IMG/VR virus record: IMGVR_UViG_3300021087_000857
Coordinates: 1 to 64,000 of that record
Direction: 5' to 3' (one strand)
DNA from: a virus
DNA: 64,000 nucleotides
Shown: one piece after another, positions 27,799 through 36,967 of the stretch
Layout: each line of letters starts with the position of its first letter
Numbering within the stretch: position 1 is the first letter of the stretch
The notes under the pieces: generated by a model
What the model saw: only the letters and a program-made list of their open reading frames with translations
What the model was told of the DNA's origin: nothing
The model's database searches: none
Translations under genes and position numbers: made by a program

Positions 27799-27807
27799 AC
27801 TCGGAGA
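27781..27807 (+). promoter_or_regulatory. candidate RBS-proximal hairpin/pseudoknot of folE
   Basis: ACGAC-ATCCTC-GTCGT stem-loop; loop is complementary to the GGAG SD 6 nt downstream. Confidence 0.4.
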
Positions 27808-27813
27808 AAATAA

Positions 27814-28512
27814 ATGGGAAAATCAGATCAAATTAGAAACAAACTAGAAGAAGCAGGCATCAGATATTGGGCAGGTGATAACATCAGTGCAGTATTACAA
27901 AAAGGTGATAAAGAAGAACTAATTGATGAGGCAACAGTTGCCTTTGAAAAAGTATTAGATACATTAGTTATTGATAGGAAAACAGATCCTAACAGTATGG
28001 ATACCGCTAGACGTCTAGCAAAGATGTATTATAAAGAATTAATGGCAGGTAGATATGAAACAGCTCCGCCGGCTACTGCATTTCCAAATGAACCAGACAA
28101 TGTAACTAATGAAAAGTATGATGGTATGTTAGTTGTACGTAGTGAACTTAGAAGTGTTTGTTCACATCACCATCAGCCAGTAACAGGTATAGCATATATT
28201 GGCATTATTGCCGCTGACACACTAATTGGCTTATCTAAATATACACGTATCGCACAATGGTGTGCAAGGCGTGGCACACTACAAGAAGAACTTGCTATGG
28301 ATATCTCACGTGAGATTATGAAAGCAACTAAGTCAGATGATGTAGGTGTTTACATTCAAGCAACACATGGATGTTGTGAGAACAGAGGTATAATGGCACA
28401 CAGTAGTTTAACACAAACTACAGTTCTTAAAGGTGCTTTCAAAAACGATCCTGCAACTAAAGAAGAGTTCATGGATAATATTAAATTACAATCAGATTTC
28501 GCAGTTAAGTAG
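27814..28512 (+). CDS. folE: GTP cyclohydrolase I
   Basis: TARRLAKMY, SVCSHHHQP, IGLSKYTRI, LQEEL, HGCCENRG. Confidence 0.95.
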   Translation: MGKSDQIRNKLEEAGIRYWAGDNISAVLQKGDKEELIDEATVAFEKVLDTLVIDRKTDPNSMDTARRLAKMYYKELMAGRYETAPPATAFPNEPDNVTNEKYDGMLVVRSELRSVCSHHHQPVTGIAYIGIIAADTLIGLSKYTRIAQWCARRGTLQEELAMDISREIMKATKSDDVGVYIQATHGCCENRGIMAHSSLTQTTVLKGAFKNDPATKEEFMDNIKLQSDFAVK

Positions 28513-28521
28513 GAGATACTA

Positions 28522-29040
28522 ATGGTTAACAAGGTACACTATACGTGGAAAGATATCGAGCATATGATAGATACTATTAACAATCTTATGTTTGCAGATA
28601 ATTGGCGTCCAGATTATATAGTAGGTATGACACGAGGTGGCCTTGTGCCAGCAGTAATGATGTCAAACAAAACAAGCATTATGATGCATGCACTAGATGT
28701 AAGATTCAGAGACACAGATAATAATTATGATGGACCAGAATCAAATATGTGGATGGCCGAAGATGCATTAGCCAAAGGTAAAAAGATTTTAATCATTGAT
28801 GATATTAACGACACTGGCAAGACACTTAGTTGGATTAGAGAAGACTGGGTAGCAAGTATGGGCGGTGCTTCATATGATGCTAGTGCATGGGGCGATACTG
28901 TTCGTACTGCATGTTTAATAGACAATCAAGCAAGTGGATTTGATGGCATGGACTATACTGCATTGGAAATTAATAAGATGGAAGAAGATGTATGGGTAGT
29001 GTTTCCATGGGAAGGTGAAAGAGATTATGGTAGCACATAA
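28522..29040 (+). CDS. purine phosphoribosyltransferase (Gpt-like)
   Basis: VGMTRGGLVPA, ILIIDDINDTGKT (PRPP loop), WVVFPWE. Confidence 0.85.
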   Translation: MVNKVHYTWKDIEHMIDTINNLMFADNWRPDYIVGMTRGGLVPAVMMSNKTSIMMHALDVRFRDTDNNYDGPESNMWMAEDALAKGKKILIIDDINDTGKTLSWIREDWVASMGGASYDASAWGDTVRTACLIDNQASGFDGMDYTALEINKMEEDVWVVFPWEGERDYGST

Positions 29041-30199
29041 TCATAATATATCAAAAATATTAAATACACCTACTTTCCTATTACCTTGGGAACATAAAAT
29101 AATATGGAATGCGTTTGATAAAGAAACAATTGACTCTTTATTGGAAGCATTTCACACTATAGATTGGGATAATGCTCCTGACGATGATTTTGAAAATGGC
29201 ATTCAAACAAAATGGATATCACAAGATTTTGTTGAGTTAATGCCACAGTCACTTGCTAAAGATGTATTGCAAGAGCTAAACGGGTGGTCAACACACGAAC
29301 TATTACTTCAGCATTACGATATAGATTATAGTACAGGATACGAAGCTAGTCTTGTATTTGATAGATGTAATCCAAACGGTCTTAACGAAGTACATAATGA
29401 TACAGGTCCACGCAAAGATACATTAACATTGCAATATTATTTACAAATTGATGATGAAACACGAACATTGCATTTAGATAATTTTGATACTCGTGCAACA
29501 TCTGGCGATGCAGTTATATTTAAAAGTCAACCTCATACAATGCACAGTTTTAAAGCAGGAGAAGGTAGCAGATATAGTTTGCGTTTACGCATAGGAACTA
29601 AAATATTAAACCCAAAAGTTATACAAAATAAAAGTGATAGCAAAGTTGGTGTATTAATTGATTGTAAAGATATGGAAAGTGATAGTTGTCATAGATTACT
29701 TGAAGTTAATTTAGGTGCAGTAACTTATAGAAATCTAATTCAAAATGGATTTACTAATATAGTAACTTTTAGAGAACGTGAAGATTATGAGTCAGCAAGA
29801 GATTTATTAAAAGAACACGGAGTAGAAAGAATACTAATGGTATTTGCAGGTGCAACAGTTGATAACACAACACTGGCTCAAGTATATGCGGCAAAGCATA
29901 TTACCGCACCAATTGATAATGATACAGTACTAAGACAGTTTGTAGTGTTTGATACAAACGACAGTGATTTTAATATTGTTGGAGATTACTTGGGTAATGT
30001 TAAAGATAAAATAACACATGCAGACATGATGGATTTGGGTATTGCATTGCTACATCCAGATGAAGACAGTGTAAACTTTTTAGAAGAGATAAGTGAATAC
30101 TTGATACCAAGGTCAGAATTAACAGATAAATTAAGTGAGTATGACAAAGAGTTAGCAAGTATTATTAAAGAAAGAGTAAAGGAAATAAAATATGTCTAA
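29027..30199 (+). CDS. 2OG-Fe(II) oxygenase domain plus unknown C-terminal domain
   Basis: VHND (HxD), TLQYYL, AVIF..PHTMHSF, RYSLR. Confidence 0.6.
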   Translation: MVAHNHNISKILNTPTFLLPWEHKIIWNAFDKETIDSLLEAFHTIDWDNAPDDDFENGIQTKWISQDFVELMPQSLAKDVLQELNGWSTHELLLQHYDIDYSTGYEASLVFDRCNPNGLNEVHNDTGPRKDTLTLQYYLQIDDETRTLHLDNFDTRATSGDAVIFKSQPHTMHSFKAGEGSRYSLRLRIGTKILNPKVIQNKSDSKVGVLIDCKDMESDSCHRLLEVNLGAVTYRNLIQNGFTNIVTFREREDYESARDLLKEHGVERILMVFAGATVDNTTLAQVYAAKHITAPIDNDTVLRQFVVFDTNDSDFNIVGDYLGNVKDKITHADMMDLGIALLHPDEDSVNFLEEISEYLIPRSELTDKLSEYDKELASIIKERVKEIKYV

Positions 30200-30461
30200 G
30201 TATAAAACAGGTGGAACTTTTAGTGTAAAACAATCATACTCTGATGTTGATCTTGCCGCATATACAATAGGAGGCGGCAATGTAACTCTATCAGAGCCTA
30301 TGCCTATAATTGATCCTTACGAAGAAAAAATAAAAGATGCACATTTTAAAATTGAAGTGTTAACAGAACTACTCGAAGAGATGGGAGTAGATGTTAGCAA
30401 ACGAATAGAAGAAAAACTATTTCTAAATAAACTTTCAGGAGAAGACAATGGCAAAGTATGA
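30192..30461 (+). CDS. hypothetical protein
   Basis: Coupled ORF with AAGGA SD. Confidence 0.65.
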   Translation: MSKYKTGGTFSVKQSYSDVDLAAYTIGGGNVTLSEPMPIIDPYEEKIKDAHFKIEVLTELLEEMGVDVSKRIEEKLFLNKLSGEDNGKV

Positions 30462-31020
30462 AGTAGAATTATACGGCTATGGTGGTGAGTTTGTATTAGG
30501 CACACTAACAAAAGAGCAGTATGATTTTTGGATAGAAAACGAAGGTGATGGACTAGACAGTCATGTATTTTGGGATCCATATGATGACGCTGATGGAGAT
30601 AATCCTATTACTGATGAAGAAGACCCACGTTTCTTGGGTTACTGGCACGACTTAGATGACATAGAACATGTATGTGGTGCTGATGTAGATTCGTGTAGAG
30701 TTGTAGTAACATCATTAGACTCGGGCGAAGAAGTATATACATCAGATGATGTTAATCTAATACACACCACAGATCAACTTGTAGAAGAACAAAAGAGTGG
30801 ATATTATTGGACTGCATACGCATCGGAAAAAGGTCAGCATTTTTATGCAGAACTTGAGATAGATGGCGAGTTTGATCCAACTAAATTAACAGTAAATGCA
30901 ACTAATATAGACGGTGAACATATAATTGATGAAGTTATGTATAACGAAGAAACACTAGATAATGACGGTGGATCTACGGATACTAAGAGTCAAAGCTATG
31001 AATTGCACGAAATTGTGTAA
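30448..31020 (+). CDS. acidic hypothetical protein
   Basis: AGGAG SD; YGYGGE, SEKG, FDPTKL. Confidence 0.75.
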   Translation: MAKYEVELYGYGGEFVLGTLTKEQYDFWIENEGDGLDSHVFWDPYDDADGDNPITDEEDPRFLGYWHDLDDIEHVCGADVDSCRVVVTSLDSGEEVYTSDDVNLIHTTDQLVEEQKSGYYWTAYASEKGQHFYAELEIDGEFDPTKLTVNATNIDGEHIIDEVMYNEETLDNDGGSTDTKSQSYELHEIV

Positions 31021-31037
31021 AAACCAAGACATTTCGG

Positions 31038-31066
31038 TTGACATCTGACTTATTATATCATATAAT
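31038..31066 (+). promoter_or_regulatory. sigma70-type promoter
   Basis: TTGACA-17 nt-TATAAT, perfect consensus. Confidence 0.85.
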
Positions 31067-31095
31067 ATACTTATATTAACAGTCAGGAGACTACT

Positions 31096-33786
31096 ATGAA
31101 GAAAATAATTGCAACCGCAGTAATGAGTCTATTCATTGCTCTAACGCCACTTTCGGCATCTGCAAAAACAAGTTACTTCGATCAGTCCTGGTTCCAAAAA
31201 ATGGACCAAATGAAGCAAATTAATTTTGCTAAATCAGTAGTAACTAATTACACAAATATCACTAATAGATATTCATTTATTATAGACAAATACTCTCGCT
31301 ATAGTAACGCCAGTTGGTACAAACGTATTCAAACAAGATACACATGGCATATAGCAGAGATTGAAAAATACAACACTATTATCAATGGCAATAGTGCACC
31401 TACAGTTGTTCGTACTTATGTTGAAGAAGTACCTGGTACAACTTTTAAACGTGGTGAAACTGTTACTAACACAACTAATAATGTTGTTGAAGAACAAGAT
31501 GGTAACACAATTAGAGAGTGGGCAGTAATTACTGTTACTCAGACTACACCAGTTACAACCACATATTATACTAATTATAAAACTGTTAGTGTATACACCA
31601 ACGGTAAAGAAACATATAGTAATGATGTAAAAGTTGACAGAGAAGAAACCATAAATGAGATTGATACACAAGTTAATCGTGAGCTGATTAGAGAGTATGC
31701 TCTTGTTGTTCCAATCGAAAAGGAAGAACCAGACGCACCTACTACAATTGTATTCACAGAAGAAGAATATCTTGCTAGAGGTGATGTTGACTATACAGTA
31801 AGTGATAGTTATTATAATGCTGTTAAGACTATGAACAGTAATATTAATGATTCATATGTTGAAAGACTAGGTGGATACTTTGGTAACAACCTAGATAAAA
31901 TTGGAGCACCAGCGGCATGGTCAAGAGGATACACAGGTGAAGGTAGTGTAATTGCAATCTTTGATACTGGTATCGACACAGACCATAGTGAGTTTACAGA
32001 TAGTATTCTTGATGCACAATGTTTTACAAATGTGTGTGAACGTGGACTTGGAACTGTAGAAGATGGTAACAAGTATGGACACGGAACACATGTGGCAGGT
32101 ATTGCCGCGGCAAACTTAGATGGTGTTGGTACTACAGGTGTAGCCCCTGATGCTGATTTACTTATTGGTAAACTTGCATACGACAGTGGCTTCTTTCAAT
32201 TTAACAAGATTCCTGACGCAATGGAATGGGCAGTTAATAATGGTGCAGATGTTGTAAACATCAGTGCTAGTACACGACCAAGTAGTTCATATAAAAACAG
32301 TCTTACAGAAATTAGCGAAGGTGTTTACTATTCAAATATGACATTTGGTGATTATAACACTCTTGGTTATAATCAAATATTTTCTACAAATGGACATGGT
32401 ACTGCAATGATTGAGTCAATGAAAGGACATGAAACTGTAATGGTTCTTGCCGCTGGTAATGATAGACTTAAAGTGTCTAGTCAAGAATCACACATCGCTC
32501 TTGATTCAGAAATTGGCGATCGTGTACTTATAGTTGGTATGTATGATGAAAGAAGAAACGGCCTTAGTAAATGGAGTAATGCGGCAGGAACTATTTGTCG
32601 AGAACTTGATGATAATGGTACTTGTAAATCAGATGCTTATAAGTGATAGATATATTATGTGGCACCAGGTGTATATATTGCGGCACCAACTAACGATGGT
32701 GGATATGTAACAATGACAGGTACATCAATGGCGGCTCCTCATGTAGCAGGTGCAGTTGCAATTGTACATCAAATGTGGCCACACATGACTGGTGCTAATG
32801 TTAGTCAACTTCTACTTAATACTGCAAGTACAGATGGTATTAATAATTACGATCCTAATGTACATGGACAAGGTATGCTAGATTTAGATGAAGCAACACA
32901 ACCACAGGGTGCAATGGGACTAGCAACCACAGGTAGAATTGATGGTGCTATAGTAGATCTTGCAAACAGTGGTACTATTGCAATGAGTGGTAATACAAAC
33001 ATTTCAGCATTAAGTAGTATAATGGCAGTTGATGATTATGATAGAGATTATTACTTTGATGCTAATGGAATGGTAAACACAATTGATACTCGTACTGCAA
33101 GTGCCACACTAGCAGGTCAACATGGATTTGCTCCAGACTATTATATTGGATACAATGGCGGTAGTATTATTCCTTTATCAAATGCAGGTACACATATTGC
33201 ATTAAATGATACAAATGGTAACGTTAGTATTGTACAACAATGGGACAAATTTAGTATGGGTCTTGTAAACGAATCAGAAAGTTTCTTAGGTAACTATGCA
33301 AACAGTGAGCTTATGAAAGTAGATGGTTCTAACACTGCATATCTAGGTTTTACAGATAGTATAGACTTTAACAATGGTATTAATATGTGGGGTAGTGCAA
33401 CACTAGGAGCAACAAGGCTTAATGTAGATAATAGCTCTATGCTTAAGAGTGCAGACATTATGATGTCTAATAGTGCAACACTAGGTATTAAACAAACTGT
33501 AGACAATGAAACATTTGGATTTGTAGCAAGTTTACCAGTTAGTATTACAAGTGGTAATGCAAACTTTAGTATTCCTACTAGTGTTAATTCAACTGGAGAT
33601 ATTTCAAATACAAATATGAATAGTTCATTGGAAATGGATAACAGAGAGCTTGACTTGGGTTTATTTTATATAAATACATTAACAGAGTCAACTTCACTTA
33701 CTGCTAACATTGAGTTGCGAAATAACTATTCAGGTACTAGCGACAATCATGTAACAGCAGGACTAACTTACAAGGTAACGTTTTAA
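31096..33786 (+). pseudogene. S8 subtilase with C-terminal beta-barrel (autotransporter-like), interrupted at 32644-32649
   Basis: Signal peptide, IFDTGID, HGTHVAG and AAGND in 31096..32646; GTSMAAPHVAG and terminal Phe in same-frame 32659..33786; TGA-TAG between them. Confidence 0.8.
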
Positions 33787-34364
33787 TGCAAAAGCAATAC
33801 AAGACTAAGCGAGGCAAACTTGAGGTCATAGCAGGCCCAATGTTCGCAGGAAAGAGCAGTGAGTTACTCAAACGACTGCTCTTTATCGAACACGGTGGGA
33901 ACAAATGTCTTGTATTGAAACCAGTTATTGATGATAGGTATGATGCAAATCATATTATAACACACAATCAATTAAAACATTCTGCCGTTGCAGTAATTGA
34001 CTTAGAACTAGTTAAAGACAACTACACAATAAAGTCATATAACTTCCATACAGTATTCATTGATGAGATACAGTTCTTTGATATGAATGAAACTATGTGG
34101 TTTGTTGAAGAAGGATTACGCAATGGTGTAAACTTTGTGGTAGCAGGTTTAGATCAAGACAGTAGAGGAGTACCGTTTGAAACTACATCAAGATGTTTAG
34201 CACTAGCAGACGAAGTACTTAAAATTAAAGCATTCTGTACAATATGTGGAATGGATGCAGGTAAAACACAAAGACTTAGAGCAACACAACATTCGGATAG
34301 AGTAAAGGTTGGTGGTGCAGAATCATACGAGCCTCGTTGCTCGGAACATTGGGAGAGTAAGTAA
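33786..34364 (+). CDS. tdk: thymidine kinase
   Basis: GPMFAGKSSEL, FIDEIQFF, VAGLD, CTICG, VGGAESYEPRC. Confidence 0.95.
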   Translation: MQKQYKTKRGKLEVIAGPMFAGKSSELLKRLLFIEHGGNKCLVLKPVIDDRYDANHIITHNQLKHSAVAVIDLELVKDNYTIKSYNFHTVFIDEIQFFDMNETMWFVEEGLRNGVNFVVAGLDQDSRGVPFETTSRCLALADEVLKIKAFCTICGMDAGKTQRLRATQHSDRVKVGGAESYEPRCSEHWESK

Positions 34365-34585
34365 TGAATGTATGGGTTGGAACATTGTTAACAATACTAT
34401 TCCTTATTATTATATTCACACTCTTTGGCTTTACTGGCTTAACTTTAGTGATCTTACCTTGGATGCTTTATATGTGGGCAACAGAAAAAGACTATCCAAA
34501 AAAGGTATGTCAGGCTTGTATAGAAGAAATACATATAGAAGCAATCAAATGTAAACATTGTGGTGAAATTCAACCAACAGAATAA
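34364..34585 (+). CDS. membrane protein with zinc ribbon
   Basis: Hydrophobic N-terminus then CQAC...CKHCG. Confidence 0.75.
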   Translation: MNVWVGTLLTILFLIIIFTLFGFTGLTLVILPWMLYMWATEKDYPKKVCQACIEEIHIEAIKCKHCGEIQPTE

Positions 34586-34599
34586 ATGGAGAGTAAGTA

Positions 34600-34878
34600 A
34601 TGACAGATCATACAATAGATATTTTAAGACAAGTTTGCCAAGAAGAACTTGATGATAAAGTAACTGACTTAACAGATGGAACAGAAGATATATTTGAAGG
34701 CCGTAAAGAGTTTGCAAATACAGTACTAGGACTTATTAATAAACTAGAACGCCCCAGGCAAGAAGATCAAGCTAAAAAACTACAAGCAAAGGCTATCGCA
34801 GCCAGCAATGCAAGAAACGAAATCGCATCTGAATACAACACAGAATGGATGCCAATTGACAACGGAGACTTTAAATGA
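34600..34878 (+). CDS. hypothetical protein
   Basis: GGAG SD. Confidence 0.65.
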   Translation: MTDHTIDILRQVCQEELDDKVTDLTDGTEDIFEGRKEFANTVLGLINKLERPRQEDQAKKLQAKAIAASNARNEIASEYNTEWMPIDNGDFK

Positions 34879-35078
34879 AAAAAGTAACAAATAGTCAATG
34901 GATTATAGAAGTACAAGAAAATGGTAAAACAAAAGAATTGTTTATAGAGTTTCCACCCGAAGTTCTCAATCAAGTTGGTTGGGATACAGGTGATACATTG
35001 ATCTGGGAAGAACTAGATCATGGAGCTATGAGGCTAACCAAAAAGGAAAACAACAATGAAGAGAAGATTGATAGTTGA
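34875..35078 (+). CDS. AbrB/MazE-like swapped-hairpin protein
   Basis: LFIEFPPEVLNQVGWDTGDTLIW. Confidence 0.7.
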   Translation: MKKVTNSQWIIEVQENGKTKELFIEFPPEVLNQVGWDTGDTLIWEELDHGAMRLTKKENNNEEKIDS

Positions 35079-35295
35079 TCCACCAAACGGAAGCAAGTAT
35101 GGTTTCCCTAAAGCAGTACCAATTAAAGGTACAATATACTACGGTAGTAAATGGGACTACGGAGTACAAACAGATTTTGATTTAATGAAGTGGCTAGTCA
35201 AAGAAGGTTACCCACAAAAAGAAATTGACAAACTTGGCGATAAGTTTGTATACAAATACTGGACAGTTCCTGCTGAAGAAGTAGATGGAACATAA
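35056..35295 (+). CDS. hypothetical protein
   Basis: VDPPNGSKYGFPK, WLVKEGYP. Confidence 0.7.
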   Translation: MKRRLIVDPPNGSKYGFPKAVPIKGTIYYGSKWDYGVQTDFDLMKWLVKEGYPQKEIDKLGDKFVYKYWTVPAEEVDGT

Positions 35296-35539
35296 GCCGC
35301 AAGAGAGATATTATGATTTTATGCTTAGGCGCACACGAGAAGTTCGTGAGCAAGAATTCTACGAAGCATGCATGTACTTTTATATGGTTAAAGGACATTT
35401 AGATACAAACGATGCTACAATAACAGAATCAAAGGAACATTACTTTAAACGTATATGGAGAGCAGGTTGCGATGGTGCACCACTCGATGAATGGGTAGAT
35501 GGATTTGAAGAAGTATATAAGAAAAAAATGAATAAATAA
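35285..35539 (+). CDS. hypothetical protein
   Basis: Coupled ORF. Confidence 0.6.
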   Translation: MEHKPQERYYDFMLRRTREVREQEFYEACMYFYMVKGHLDTNDATITESKEHYFKRIWRAGCDGAPLDEWVDGFEEVYKKKMNK

Positions 35540-35545
35540 TACTAC

Positions 35546-36178
35546 ATGTTATTAACTAACCCACTAGAAATAGAACTCACAACAAAATGCACACTTGGGT
35601 GTCCTGCTTGTCCGCGAAACAATCCCAAAGAGAAAAAAGAAAATTGGGATGTAGGACACATGAATACAGATATTGCTAAAAGTTTAGCAAACTCTACAGT
35701 AGAACGTTCGTATCTTTTTGTAGGATGTTATGGTGATCCAATATATCACCCAGACTTTATAGATATAGTAAAGTATTATATAGATAGAAATAAAAGTCTT
35801 ACAATTCATACCAATGGGAGTTTTAAAAAACAATCATGGTGGGATAAACTAGCAAGTCTTAATTGGACATATAAGCAAAACTTTACTTTTAGTGTTGATG
35901 GATTAAAAGATACAAATCACATATATAGGATTCGTGCAGATTGGGAATCTATTATGCGAGGAATGAAAACAATAGGATCGTTACCATCAGATCGTAAGCC
36001 TCGTTTAGAATGGAAAATGTTAGTTTTTCCATATAACAAACATCAAGTACCAGAAGCAAGAAAACTAGCACAAGAAATAGGTATTGATACGTTTACACCA
36101 GTTAAAAGTGAAAGAGATATCAATCAATACAGAGTAGAAAACAATGAAATATATAGGTGGCCAGATGATAAAGCCTAG
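35546..36178 (+). CDS. radical SAM core domain (SPASM encoded separately)
   Basis: CTLGCPAC, GCYGDP, HTNGS, FSVDGL. Confidence 0.9.
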   Translation: MLLTNPLEIELTTKCTLGCPACPRNNPKEKKENWDVGHMNTDIAKSLANSTVERSYLFVGCYGDPIYHPDFIDIVKYYIDRNKSLTIHTNGSFKKQSWWDKLASLNWTYKQNFTFSVDGLKDTNHIYRIRADWESIMRGMKTIGSLPSDRKPRLEWKMLVFPYNKHQVPEARKLAQEIGIDTFTPVKSERDINQYRVENNEIYRWPDDKA

Positions 36179-36527
36179 ATGTTTATTATATAATATGCCA
36201 ATATTTTTATCTGCTGATAATAGATTAAAGCCGTGTTGTTTTTTAAATCCAGTTGAGCAATGGAACGATTTTATTAATTGGGGCAAACAAAACGGATTAA
36301 ATGTGGAAGAAGACTTAGACATAACAAAACATGACGTAGAAACAATACTAAAAAGCCCAACATGGTTAGCAGTACTAGATGGATTTAAAACAGGTAATGC
36401 TCCACATGAATGTCATGTATCATGTGGTCCTGATAGTTACTCAAGTACATCACAAACAGCTAAACATAGTGATTATGAAGAAAATCCTGATAGTAGTGGA
36501 TTATCTTCGGCTTATAGAGAGGAATAA
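36165..36527 (+). CDS. stand-alone SPASM/twitch domain
   Basis: AGGTGG SD, ATG 36165; KPRC...KPCC...ECHVSCG. Confidence 0.75.
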   Translation: MIKPRCLLYNMPIFLSADNRLKPCCFLNPVEQWNDFINWGKQNGLNVEEDLDITKHDVETILKSPTWLAVLDGFKTGNAPHECHVSCGPDSYSSTSQTAKHSDYEENPDSSGLSSAYREE

Positions 36528-36532
36528 TATTA

Positions 36533-36964
36533 ATGAAGATATTAATATGTGGACTACCTGGTAGTGGTAAAACAACACTGGCAGAACCGTTAGCAGAAGA
36601 ACTAGGTGCTCATTGGTTAAATGCTGATGCAGTTAGAACCGAGTATAATGATTGGGATTTCAGTAAAGAGGGAAGAATGCGACAAGCAGATAGAATGAAA
36701 TCTATAGCCAATACATTAGTAAAAGAAGGTCAAATTGTTGTCGCTGATTTTATTTGCCCTACTAAAGAAACAAGAGATTACTTTGGTGCCGATTTTACAA
36801 TATGGATGGACACTATAAGTAAAGGAAGATACGAAGATACAAACGCAATGTATGAACGCCTTACTGACGATGAATGGGACTATCATATTGAAGCTTGGTT
36901 TGATGATACACACAAACAAATAGTACCTATAATAAAGCGTTTGATAAAAACAAATGAGAAATAA
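36533..36964 (+). CDS. cysC: adenylyl-sulfate (APS) kinase-like
   Basis: GLPGSGKTTLA, NADAVR, WDFSKEGR, VADFICP. Confidence 0.7.
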   Translation: MKILICGLPGSGKTTLAEPLAEELGAHWLNADAVRTEYNDWDFSKEGRMRQADRMKSIANTLVKEGQIVVADFICPTKETRDYFGADFTIWMDTISKGRYEDTNAMYERLTDDEWDYHIEAWFDDTHKQIVPIIKRLIKTNEK

Positions 36965-36967
36965 TAT

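Noticed and set aside
32644-32649. TGA-TAG read-through (Sec/Pyl or alternative genetic code) in the S8 gene
   Set aside because: TGA and TAG terminate many other genes here with tight coupling, and the +1 frame supplies the expected residues, so indels explain it better
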